Assembly: GCF_037042905.1 (NCBI RefSeq)
Contig: NC_087262.1
Coordinates: 20,832,001-20,896,000, forward strand
DNA length: 64,000 bases
Direction of reading: 5' to 3'
From: Lytechinus pictus
Taxonomy: Eukaryota
Part shown: in pieces, positions 52,150 through 64,000 of the stretch
Numbering within the stretch: position 1 is the stretch's first letter
Layout of the letters: each line of letters begins with the position of its first letter
The notes under the pieces: model-generated
The model's database searches: none
What the model was told of the DNA's origin: nothing
Seen by the model: the letters and a program-made list of their open reading frames with translations, nothing else
Translations under genes and position numbers: made by a program

Positions 52150-52872
52150 CGTTGGCGAGACCGACCATCTTTAGTTTGCATTTGTGGAAGAGTAAATTTA
52201 TCTGTGCCCGTGTAACAATTTCAAGAGGTTAGAAGTGTAAAAGTGAGTTGAGCAGACGTTTACTGTGAACCCAGAGATCGTGCCTAGAAGAGGCCAACAT
52301 TACTTTGCAGATGAAATTGAATTTAATTCCGTGGAAGTTCGGTTGAGTCCAAGGCAAGGACACGGCTCCCGCTTCTGATCTTCAATCAAGTCCAACGCTG
52401 ATACGGTATCGTACTTCTGAGCTGCGCAATAACATCAGCAGAATCATTGACATCACTGCAACTTGCAAGAGCAACTTATTTCAAGACAATAGTCTTCATT
52501 CGTTTATGTCATCCTAATCTTTATTGAATGGAAAATAGAAAGAATTCAACAATGTAATTTTTTCGCCTAGCAGTTCAGAATTTTATGGAATAGTCTATAA
52601 AACTTTAGTTAATTAACTTAAAGGGCACTTCAGAGTTCAGTCAAGACTTTAAATTTAATAGAATCTTTCTGGAAGTTTTGACTTGGCAGTCTTCACTTTA
52701 TCATGTAACATAGTCAAGGAATCTTCATGTTTGCTGGATTGTTCATCTGAGAAAATTTTTGAAGGCAAAGCAATGTTCATTTTGTCAAAATGAAAGGTTA
52801 CAAGAAAAGGAAATACAGAGCGATTATACAAAACAAAAGAACTTTATTCTCAAACTCTGCAACAACGCAGCG
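52150..52872 (+). other. Candidate non-coding first exon of the CDKL gene (start approximate)
   Basis: Consensus donor GCG|GTAAGT at 52872/52873; the coding exon at 56263 begins with an acceptor, so an upstream exon is required. Confidence 0.45.
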
Positions 52873-53463
52873 GTAAGTTTTCATTTATTAAACAAGTGTC
52901 TGACATGGGCATGGCATCCGAATCCCTATTTTTTTTTACCAACTGTATTTTAATTATCTTTCTCATTCTAGAAGAGTTGTTAAATCTAAAAACTATGTAA
53001 CAGTTATTGTGTTTAAATCTATCTAAATAGCATGCGATAGAAATACATCAGTCACTTTTCCATCATACATGTCATTTAGTTTTAAAATATTTTAGTATTA
53101 ATTAGAATCTAGATCTACTGTAATATCCAACATCAACAAAATAGGAGATTGGGCAAGAGTCCAATGTTTACTACTAAGAAGTTGTAGGGGTCTTTGTGAC
53201 ATGTTTAGTTAATATCATTAAACAAGAATGACTGAGAAATTTGAAATAGGGTCTAATTGAAATACTTTCAACAACTGTTTGATGGATTTTTGATTATTTT
53301 TGTTCTCAATTTACCTGGCCTGCCAGAAATGAATTCAAGAGTTTAGAGATAAGAATTAGATGTTTGATGTAATATAGTGATTGGGTTTTGGACAGTTACG
53401 TTGTTTATTCCTTTTCCATTTATGTGCATGTGTTTTAAACCATTATGTAAAGTGTTTTCTTAA

Positions 53464-54066
53464 AGGTCAAGTCCATCCCAGAAAAATGTTGATTTGAATA
53501 AATAGAGAAAAATCAAACAAACATAACGCTGAAAATTTCATCAAAATCTGATGTAAAATAAAAAAGTTTTTTTAAGTTTCGCTTATTTTTCACAAAACAG
53601 TGATGCACAACTCAGTGACATGCAAATTGATCAGTCGATGATGTCCATCACTCACTATTTCTTTTGTTTTTCATTATTTGAATTATACAATATTTCATTT
53701 TTTGCATATTTGACAATAAGGAACAACTTGACTGAACCACATACATGTCGTATTAAACAATGCTAATTCCAAATGTTCAGGGAGGAATTAATCGTTGTTT
53801 CCCTTGACAATGAGGAGAAAATTAGAATATTTCATATTTTTAATGAAATACAAAAGAAATGGTGAATGGATGACGTCATCGGTCTCCTCATTTGCATACG
53901 TACAAGGATGTGCATATACATGTAACTGTTTTGTGAAATTAAGCCAAACTTTAAAATGTCATAACTTTCTTAGTTTACATCCGATTTTGATGAAATTTTC
54001 AGTGTTATGCTTGATGTATTTTTCTCTTTTTATTCAAATAAACTGTTTGTGGGGTGGACTTGTCCT
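53464..54066. mobile_element. Kolobok-like MITE (14353 family)
   Basis: TTAA|AGGTCAAGTCCA ... TGGACTTGTCCT|TTAA. Confidence 0.9.
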
Positions 54067-54152
54067 TTAAGAGACAATTTAGAAGACCAGGGATGGTATT
54101 CTGAGATTCATTTTATCTTGGTTGAAATAAAATATTTTATCTCCATACTTAA

Positions 54153-54767
54153 AGGTCAAGTCCACCCCAGTAAAATATTGATTTGAATGAATAGAGAAAA
54201 ATCAAACTAGCATAGCACTGAATATTTCATCAAAATCGGATGTAAAATAAAATAAATAAGAAAGTTATGACATTTTTAAGTTTCGCTTATTTTTCACAAA
54301 ACAGTTAAATGCACAACTCAGCGATATGCAAATGAGAGAGTCGATGATGTCCATCACTCACTATTTCTTTTGTTTTTTATTGTTTGAATAATACAATTTT
54401 TCACATTTTAAAGATTTGACAATAAGCACCAACTTAACTTAACCATAAACTGTTAAAATAATGGTAATTCCACATGTTCAGGGAAAAATAAAAGTTTGTT
54501 TCACTTGAAAAGGAGGAGAAAATTAGAATATTTCATATTACATAGATAATAAAATACAAAAGAAATAGTGAGTGGGTGACGTGTACAGTCTGCCAATTTG
54601 CATACCGACCAGGATGTGCATATAACTGTTTTGTGAAATTAAGCGAAACTTTAAAATGTCATAACTTTCTTATTTTACATCCGATTTTGATGAAATTTTC
54701 AGTGTTTTGCTAGTTCGATTTTTCTCCTCTTTTTCAAATCAACTTTTTGTTGAGGTGGACTTGTCCT
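54153..54767. mobile_element. Kolobok-like MITE (14353 family)
   Basis: TTAA|AGGTCAAGTCCACCCC ... GGTGGACTTGTCCT|TTAA. Confidence 0.9.
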
Positions 54768-54852
54768 TTAAAATCAGTGACATAAAATATCCTTAAAGGA
54801 CATCGCTATTGACTAATCTCAGAAGAGCGGAGGATCAAATCAGAGAGAGAGA

Positions 54853-55425
54853 GACAAGTCCACCCCAACAAAAAGTTGATTTGAATAAAAAGACAATAAT
54901 CCAACGAGCATAACACTGAAAATTTCATCAAATCGGATGTAAATAAAAAAGTTATGACATTTTAAAGTTTCGCTTAATTTCACAAAACAGTTAAATGTAC
55001 ACATCCTGGTCAGTAAGCCAATGAGGAGACTGATGATGTCTTCCACTCACTCTTGATTTTGTATTTTATTATATGAAATATTCTAATTTTCTCCTCAGTG
55101 TCCAGTGAAACGACGATTAATTCCTCCCTGAACATATGGAATTAGCATTTCAGCCAAGTTGGTCCTTATTGTCAAATCTGTAAAAAATGAAATATTGTAT
55201 AATTCAAACAATAAAAAACAAAAGAGATAGTGAGTGAGGGACATCATTGAATGTCTCATTTGCATGTCACTGACTTGTGCATATCACTGTTTTGTGAAAA
55301 ATAAGCGAAATTTTAAAATGTCACAACTTTCTTTACATCCAATTTTGATGAAATTTTCAGCTTTACATGCTAGTTTGATTTTTCTCTGTATTCAAATCAA
55401 CATTTTTCTTGGGTGGACTTGACCT
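54853..55425. mobile_element. Kolobok-like MITE (14353 family), inverted relative to its two neighbours
   Basis: GACAAGTCCACCCC ... GGGTGGACTTGACCT|TTAA; left tip replaced by (GA)n. Confidence 0.87.
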
Positions 55426-56266
55426 TTAAAATCTCTCCGAATGGATACTCTAAGAACCATTTTACAATAATTTTTTCCTTGTAAGACACACCTACCGGTA
55501 CTTTTGAAGCAATATCCAATGAGAAACGTGGTTTTATAGCTTCCTCATCTCATTGCGTCAATTTGTTGAATTCAAATGGGATTGCACTATACGTTGCGCG
55601 CCTTTACAGAGATTTCTTATGAAAAATGATGATACTCTCGTCTTTTTGTCGATGTTAATATAGCGTCATTACAAGCATCATTTCAAAGACAATATTAGTC
55701 AAGAAAAGTCTTGAGAAATAATCCCTAATTGTACAGGAATAATGTTAAGTTATTACTTTCAAACTACATACATGTAATTCTTTTGTATTTTCACTTCAAC
55801 ATTTGGAGCTAATTCACCTAGAAATATTGCTGAAATGAACATCGTGGAGATAAAGTAGCCCCAATCCTATTATTGTAAGATTGTTTTATTTTTTCTTCGT
55901 GACATGGGCGCAAGCAAATCATCTGCGTTACAGCGGTTATACATGATGGATATGTCCGCGCAGGCACTGCTCTGTCGCGTCTTTTGATATGCAAGATAAA
56001 ATTCTGATTAATGTGTCACTTCAGTGGCCGCGGAACTGGCGGGGGGGGGGGGGGTTCAGCCCCCACTTTTTTTCCAAAACCATGTACAAAAAACGTGGAA
56101 TTGACCATCTGATTGTGATTTTTTGCATGGTCAGCCCCCCCCCCCCCTACATGTACTTCCAAAACCGTTCCATGGCCCTTGCACTTCAGTGGAGAAGACT
56201 TGAACTTAAAGTTATGAATAATTTTTAAACTGATTTCTACCAATTATCAATTTCCTTTCCAGGTAG

Positions 56267-56506
<240 letters not shown>

Positions 56507-59111
56507 TGAAATAATAGTTATACCCCAAACATCTCAAACAAACCTTGTGGTTCCTGCAACATACCAAGGAAATAAAAAGGAAATTATGCAATTGGTCATT
56601 GTTTAATGTGCCCCGGTAAGTAGTGTTGTTTATGATTATGCTGCAGTCGCACTGTCAATGAAACTGACCGTAGGTCGACCAAAACTTTTTATGTTATTAC
56701 CAATGACATACCATTGGTTAGTTAGGATTCAGTTTTTGGTGTGACTGTAGTATAATGTAGAGAGTCCATAAGTCAACTTTAATAGTTGTACTCTAAACAG
56801 ACGCGGCCAACACCTTTTGACAAATATTTTTTAACTCTAACAGAGAATAAGAATGATGCTACAATACAGTGCATCCAAAAGTGATCCCTTTTATATCCCT
56901 TTTTGTCAGGTTTCATGTTTCCAGTTAAATATGGAACTTGAAAGGTGATCACAGATACTTCCAAACTGAAATATGAGAGAACCAATGATGTCTTGCTTTT
57001 TTGGTAAATGGCAATGTTATAAAGTTTGAGGAAGTCATGCCTACATGTACATGTAGGCTAGATTAGAATTACATTTTCTTTTATTATATCAGAAATAATA
57101 GTTCAAAAGTGTGAATTTACTGTTAAGACCCTGGTACATTTTGATGGGGGGGGGGCACCCATAAAGGCAAAATATTGCAATCATCTTTGGGATGATGATT
57201 GATGGATGGTAAATAAATAAAAAGGTTGGTTGTAGATATACACACTCTGTATCATTTTGGAAAAATTGCCTCTTTAGTCTATATCATTTTCGGAAAAATT
57301 ACTTATCTATGCTCAATATCTACATCTATTATACATGTATGTAGGACTGGGGGAAAAACTTTTTTTTTATCTGGGGTTATTTTTTTTTAGCTTGATTTCC
57401 AAAATATGCTACATTGTAAATACAGACCAATTTCAGGGGCTTTTTTTTTTTTAGTTTGCCAGTGCTATTTGAGCATTTTAATTTTTTTTTTTTTGGGGGG
57501 GGGTGTGCATTCACTTCAAGCCAAAGTCATGTTATTTTCCAAGGAATACTCAACTGTTAACTATTGTTTGGAACTCTCCTCACTGCTAATTTATTTACAG
57601 TTACCTCAAAATCTCTGCAACGTACACAGAGAGGATACAATTATGATATGTTTCTTGCTGACATTCAAGAACACAATGGGTGCATGAAATTGGAGAGATG
57701 CTTCGCGAGAGCCCACTGATATTCAATAATAAAAGTATTGTAATAGTCCTGATTAGATCTATACAAGCATGCGCCATTGTCCCGAAGCAAGGGAGCATGG
57801 TTAGAGCGATATCATATTAAGGTTGTACACTGAAGCTAGACGGTTGGGGGTAATATGATAGTTTTATTCGGTTAGATACACATGGTGTTACTAAGGGACA
57901 TTGTACCCCCAAGTTAATCAAAGAAGATGCTCCATAGATCTGCATAGGCCTATAATGGTACATTCTTGTCTGTAACTTTGTTTAGTTTACTGCTTACTAC
58001 ATACGTCTACAGAGGCCCTGCCATATTGTGTGTACTGTGTCTGGCTCCATCTAAAAATAAAAGTTAAACATTACAGCTCATATTTGTGGTCTAAAGATGT
58101 GGTGTAACTAAGGATAGTCAACTGTGACAAGAATCAATTTATTAGCTCAGTTGACATTCAAATCATTATTTTCTTCACCATCTAGGGTTTGATGGATGGA
58201 GAAAGAGGAAAGTACATGTAAACATAAGATCAACTATAAAGCACAATTTTGACATTTTCAGTTTCCCGTAATTCTATTACAGCTAAACAGGGTTAGACCA
58301 TGGTCTAAGCCCGAATACGGGCAGGTCATGTCTGAATGGCAAGCAGTCTGTCATAATACATTTTATGTACATGTACATAAGCGGTAACATACATATGTTC
58401 ATGTACTATGTACTGCAGTACGTGTATAGATCTGACTTGTTTTATATGTTTACTTTTAGGATGGAATACAACTCAAACAATTTAATTTGCCCAAAGTCCC
58501 AAATATCTTTTCCATCAAGTAATGACATGTAAATTTCATGTACAGTAGATTGATTTTAAAGTGTATTGTGATTTGTGTCATTATTTAGCTTTTAATACTG
58601 TGTCATTAATTTATATCTCTATGCAAATGTAAACTCATGAAGACTATAAAATAGAAATAGCCTGCACTGGATGACGTATAATTTTATTCAAGCTTAACTT
58701 TCAAAACTCAAGATGCTAGTAGTGGTTTGATATCCCCAAGATCCACCCAAAAGGGTCTCACTTCAAAAAGGGAGGCAGAATGCAGATTTTTAGCAGGGAC
58801 CGGAGGGGTGCATGCCTTTTTTCCCTCCCATCCTGAATCTGCGACTGTACACATGCATGCATAATTGCCCTTTACTGAAGTCACTATCCTGTCTATTCAA
58901 TCCGTGATATCCCGCTCAGTGCAGTGATACCCAATAGTACAGCAGGGCTAAGCCTATCCGATAGAAACCAAGACAAATATTGGACACATCTATCTTTACC
59001 CAGCACCTGTCAGGACTTCCCTTGCAATTGTCTCCCATAAGATCATCAGGATCGATCCTCAATACAGCTCCATTGCACCAGTGTGTGATTGATGCGTTGT
59101 TGAATATGATC

Positions 59112-59125
59112 GTAACCATGGCAAC
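59112..59125. promoter_or_regulatory. Intronic RFX X-box
   Basis: GTAACCATGGCAAC, near-consensus palindrome, in a locally higher-complexity block (58900-59200). Confidence 0.55.
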
Positions 59126-60112
59126 GGATGAACGGCCCTTTATCCAGGTGCTCATCAGTATCAATTGAGGGTATTAAATGTCATTTGCAAGACACCTATT
59201 TTTCAATGCGAATTTTTATATGGGAGATTTAATTCAATAATGTTTTCTGCTAGAGTCTAGTTGTATTCCAATAAAATAAAATCAATTTCAAAGAGTTATA
59301 ATGTTATAGCACTATTTTGTTTCTTCATTTAGATATTGACATGAAGTACTGGACACAATAGCACTCAAGTCCACTTTAACAACAGAGTGATTCAAATAAA
59401 CTGAGCAATATCAATCAAACAGAATGAAAAATCATCTGATATAGATAGAAGAAAATTATGATCTTTTATTTCAATCAAGAACAAAAATAAAACAAAGAAA
59501 AAGTAAAATAGTCTGCAAAAAATGCAAACTCCCTGTTGCCTCACTTGCCTGTAGTATCATGGGTCCTTTAAAATCGTAGTTACTCTGAAAAATTTCTTCA
59601 GCAAAATGCAAATGATGATATTCATTCAGAGGGATAGTTGAAGTTGAACACTATTTTCATACCTTTGCAAAAAAAAAATGTAAATACAATAGTATGATCA
59701 AAGTTTCCCCATGATAGTGTTTGACTATTAATTTAAGGAAAAGAATTTTATATTAAATTGATGATATTACAAATAAACGATAATTATCAACAAATGCAAC
59801 CCTTGGAATGATAATACTTGCATTTAATTGACATTATTAATCATAGGCTTCAGTGGCTTGAGTACTAGAAGGTAACAAAAATCACTCAAACAGATAAAGC
59901 AATCATGAAATTTCCTAAATTTATAAAGGCTTTCTCATGATTTATTTCAATAAAAACTAAAAAAACAAACAATAAATTTCATGTAGTCTAATTTGGCCAT
60001 CTGATTGTAAGTTTTGGTAACCTGATGACAATTTTTTTCTGAATTTTTGAAAGCAGCAAGATTTATATTTCACAGTTAAAGTTTAGTGGCGAAAGCTGTT
60101 GCAATTAAATTA

Positions 60113-60528
60113 TGTAACCGATACAATTACTGTCACCAGGCGCTCTTGTGAGTAATATCTCGCCTGGTTATCATCGCGTATTACACTACGAGCACCAATC
60201 TCTTTTGTCTTGTCCCATAGACGATCAATACCGTTCCTCTGTTGTGAGGGCGACCGCTATTCAAGGCTTCGCTACCCATCTCTCGCTGTTATTGATTTTT
60301 GTCTTTCCCTTCAACTCCAAGCAACTGGACAACGTCTTATCCCTATGCTGTCCCCTTTTTTCCTTGTGGTTAATTTTAAGTTGCCTGCTGTCGTCCTCAT
60401 GGCCAAATCTCAAGTTAATGTGTCGGCAAGGCATTGTCTACGAGGCCTGCGATACTGTTGTGTCGTTAGACCACAATTAAAGCTCATTGATTTCAAAAAG
60501 TGTCCCTTTAGGTGGCAGACTTGTAACA
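60113..60528 (+). mobile_element. Possible solo LTR
   Basis: GC/CpG-richer 416-bp island bounded by TGTAAC...GTAACA with ATTAAA ~50 nt from the end; no TSD found. Confidence 0.35.
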
Positions 60529-61248
60529 TTGATTTATTTGCAAAATAACATGGTGAGATTTCTAGCCAAATGAGACCCTCTCACCACAGCCTTCAAACTA
60601 TTGCTTTTAAATATGCATAATGTATGTGTGTACATGATCATTATCGGGATCAAGGGTGTCCATTTTGAACGCGTTTGTCGTCTTTGTGTCTCTAAACTGT
60701 AGAAAATCCAAATGATAGAAAATAGGAGGATCAGTCATCTGGGTCCCATTTCATAAAGACTTGTTATAATAACAAATTTACTTTCAGCCAATCAGATTGA
60801 AGGATTTCAGTAGCTTAAAACTGTTACTGTAATAGCAAGTTTTATGAAACAGACCCCTGCCTTATTGTAGATTTCTTGCAAAGAAAAAGTTTAAATGCTC
60901 TGAGTATGGTAGGCCTACATTTGAATTTCTCTACTTGTTCAATTAATCATCATCATCAACAATTCACTCATCAAATGTACCCTAAAATTATGAGAACTTT
61001 TTTTTATAATCACAATAATGTCTGTTCAGCAGGCATCTCCTGTTTATTGCCCTTTATTGATCAGGCAGTAGGAAAATACTGTAGCATGAAATGTGCAGAT
61101 TTCAAACTAATATACATGTAACATTCATATTTCTTTTAATTGATTTTCATCCTTAGTTTATCATGTATCTTGCTCTAGTGCCCTTTGAAATACAATTTGT
61201 GTAATATAAATCTCCATGCTTGTTCTGAGGGTAATTTATGCATGTTAA

Positions 61249-61653
<405 letters not shown>

Positions 61654-63559
61654 TGAGCTTCCTATAGAAGTCATAGAAGTGTTTCAAGCTGGAGATAAGA
61701 CCTTTATAGTTTTCACAGAGATTACATCGCATTAACTCTGAGCTAAAGACTTTTGATAGTGCCATGTGCTAGCAATTGATACCATAGAAACTATTTCTTT
61801 AAGTAAAAATATATGTGTGACATCATTTGGAACTGCTCTCTTTTTTATAGTTTCTATAACTTGCATTTTTTTTCTAATCGTTTAAATGATTCCAAATGTG
61901 CTGTGCATTATACAAATCTGATACATTAATTCATTCACTACATGTAAATGTGTGGCTTTCCATGAAAGGAAAAAATAATCAGTATGGACCATTAAAAGTC
62001 TGTAATTTTGAAATTTTTTAATACATTGATGTACATCTATAGGGATTAGCTCACAAGAGATACAATACCAAAACCTTACATTCTAACTGGGGTGGGGTCT
62101 CTGTCATCCTTCATGAATTTCTTTCTGTGTTTTTGACCATTTTGACATTACAGTGGACTTATCATTTAAATGTGAATAATTTATTAAAAACTGCAAAGTA
62201 ATTTATAATAAAACAAGCCCATATATTATATTTTACCACTAAAATACTCACTTATAAGCTATCTGGGAGTTGCCAAAGACTCCTGTGTCTTTACATGTAA
62301 TTGTATCATTGTGCAGACTCTCCCCAGAATGAATAATTCAGTCCTGTCTTTGATCACAACCCCTGGAAGACAATGGCGCATCAATTTCACAAACCAGCTG
62401 CATTTTATTTCCTCTCTGATGTGAAATTCAGCCCAGAAAGGATGATATTACACCACAGTACAGCATTCTCCCAGGCCCTCTCTCTTCTTCGGTTGCACCT
62501 CTCATGAAACATATAATTTTGTCAAGTGCTCATTGATAGGAATATGCATGAAGCATTCTTAAAAGATGCAACTGCAAGGATAGGGTTTTCTTAAAGAGAT
62601 CTGAGCTGAGTTTACACAAAAATACATGAAGATAAACAAATTAAAAAATTGAAAAAACTTGAAAGAAAAATTATAATCTTTTCTTGTTACACCCCTCCCT
62701 GCCAATTTTATCATAAAAACTGAAATGAAAAGTTGTGTAGGGAGCATGATAGAAATAATCTTTGTATTATAAGATGGACTATAAAAGCAAACTGAGAATA
62801 TTACTTTAAAATGAATTTTAAATGTTGTGTTAATGTACAGTAATTAATTGCATTCATTAAACCACATCTGCTGGTTTTCCATAAGAAAAGATGTCAGGGC
62901 TTACCTTGTACGATGAAAGGCAAAAAAAGGAGGGGGTATTTCTTGATATTTTTTCTGTCAGTTGGTAATTTCCTCTGACGACTGCTAAATTTTATGCATC
63001 TAATAACCTGAAAATAAATTTGTCTGTCAAAATATCAAAATCTTCTTTCAACACTCCTGGAATTGGAACGGGGAGCTGAAGATTTCTGACACATTGTATC
63101 AGTATGTCAACATGCAACTGTTAAAAGCAGTGATTAGGTCTTCCATGGATACCATGTCTGATGCTCAGGTTTTTAGTTTGTTCTTCCTTTCACACCATAC
63201 CCCTTGTTTGTTTCTATCAACAAACCAGACAACAGCCAGGAGTGTTTGTTGAAGGGATGATGGTAGCTTGATGAACCCCGACCTAGATACACCTTTAATA
63301 ACTCGAGTGTGCCTAGGGTGTATCTATTGAAAAGCAGTGTTTGCTTTCCAGATTCTATCTTCTGTAGATGTCCATGTTGTCAGAGTTGAGACAACTTACA
63401 AGTCCTGCATTGTTCACACAATCTGTGCTTGTTAACAACTTCTTGAGTGCCAATTCTCCAATTCAAAGATAGATCTACATGTACTCTATATAGTAATTTT
63501 TGTACTCTGTTTCAACTCATACAATATTTGAATTGAAGTGAATATAAAGCCCTTCCTAA

Positions 63560-63829
<270 letters not shown>

Positions 63830-64000
63830 TGAGTAATGTTCAAACAATACGATATTCATGTTTTGAGAGTTCTTGAATTTATTCCTGGTGTATGATTAAT
63901 GACATACCTGTAGTACACACACTGTGTTATGTATCTCTGGAGTTGTAAATCGAGTATTTCAGTAAAATCCATATTAACAATTATGGTGTGGCTATTGTTT

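Overview
AT-rich animal genomic DNA with GT-AG introns; the gene set and repeat style look echinoderm/sea-urchin-like (inference, not tested). Host genes: a two-exon FUT11-type fucosyltransferase (+, 10927-13113), a two-exon uncharacterised ~171-aa multi-pass membrane protein (+, 20331-23220) whose 3' half and downstream DNA are tandemly duplicated (23023-29583 / 29583-35132), and the first three coding exons of a CDKL2/3-type kinase (+, 56309-63828, runs off the window) with RFX X-boxes. The most unusual item is a minus-strand locus (46545->36575). One short leader exon is in phase with two different transposase-derived cassettes: a MULE-type zinc-finger cassette (2 exons) and an intact but probably catalytically dead pogo/Tigger-type DDE exon. 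Its first intron holds a decayed RNase-H LINE, itself interrupted by an intact ORF1-only (HAL1-like) retroelement with a poly-A tail and TSD. Also present: an L2/CR1-group LINE, many MITEs with readable TIRs/TSDs, a 3-kb 55-bp purine minisatellite, and widespread TA-NNN(N)-TA insertions that paralogue comparison identifies as probable DNA-transposon excision footprints. All family assignments come from motif recognition by eye; no database search was run.
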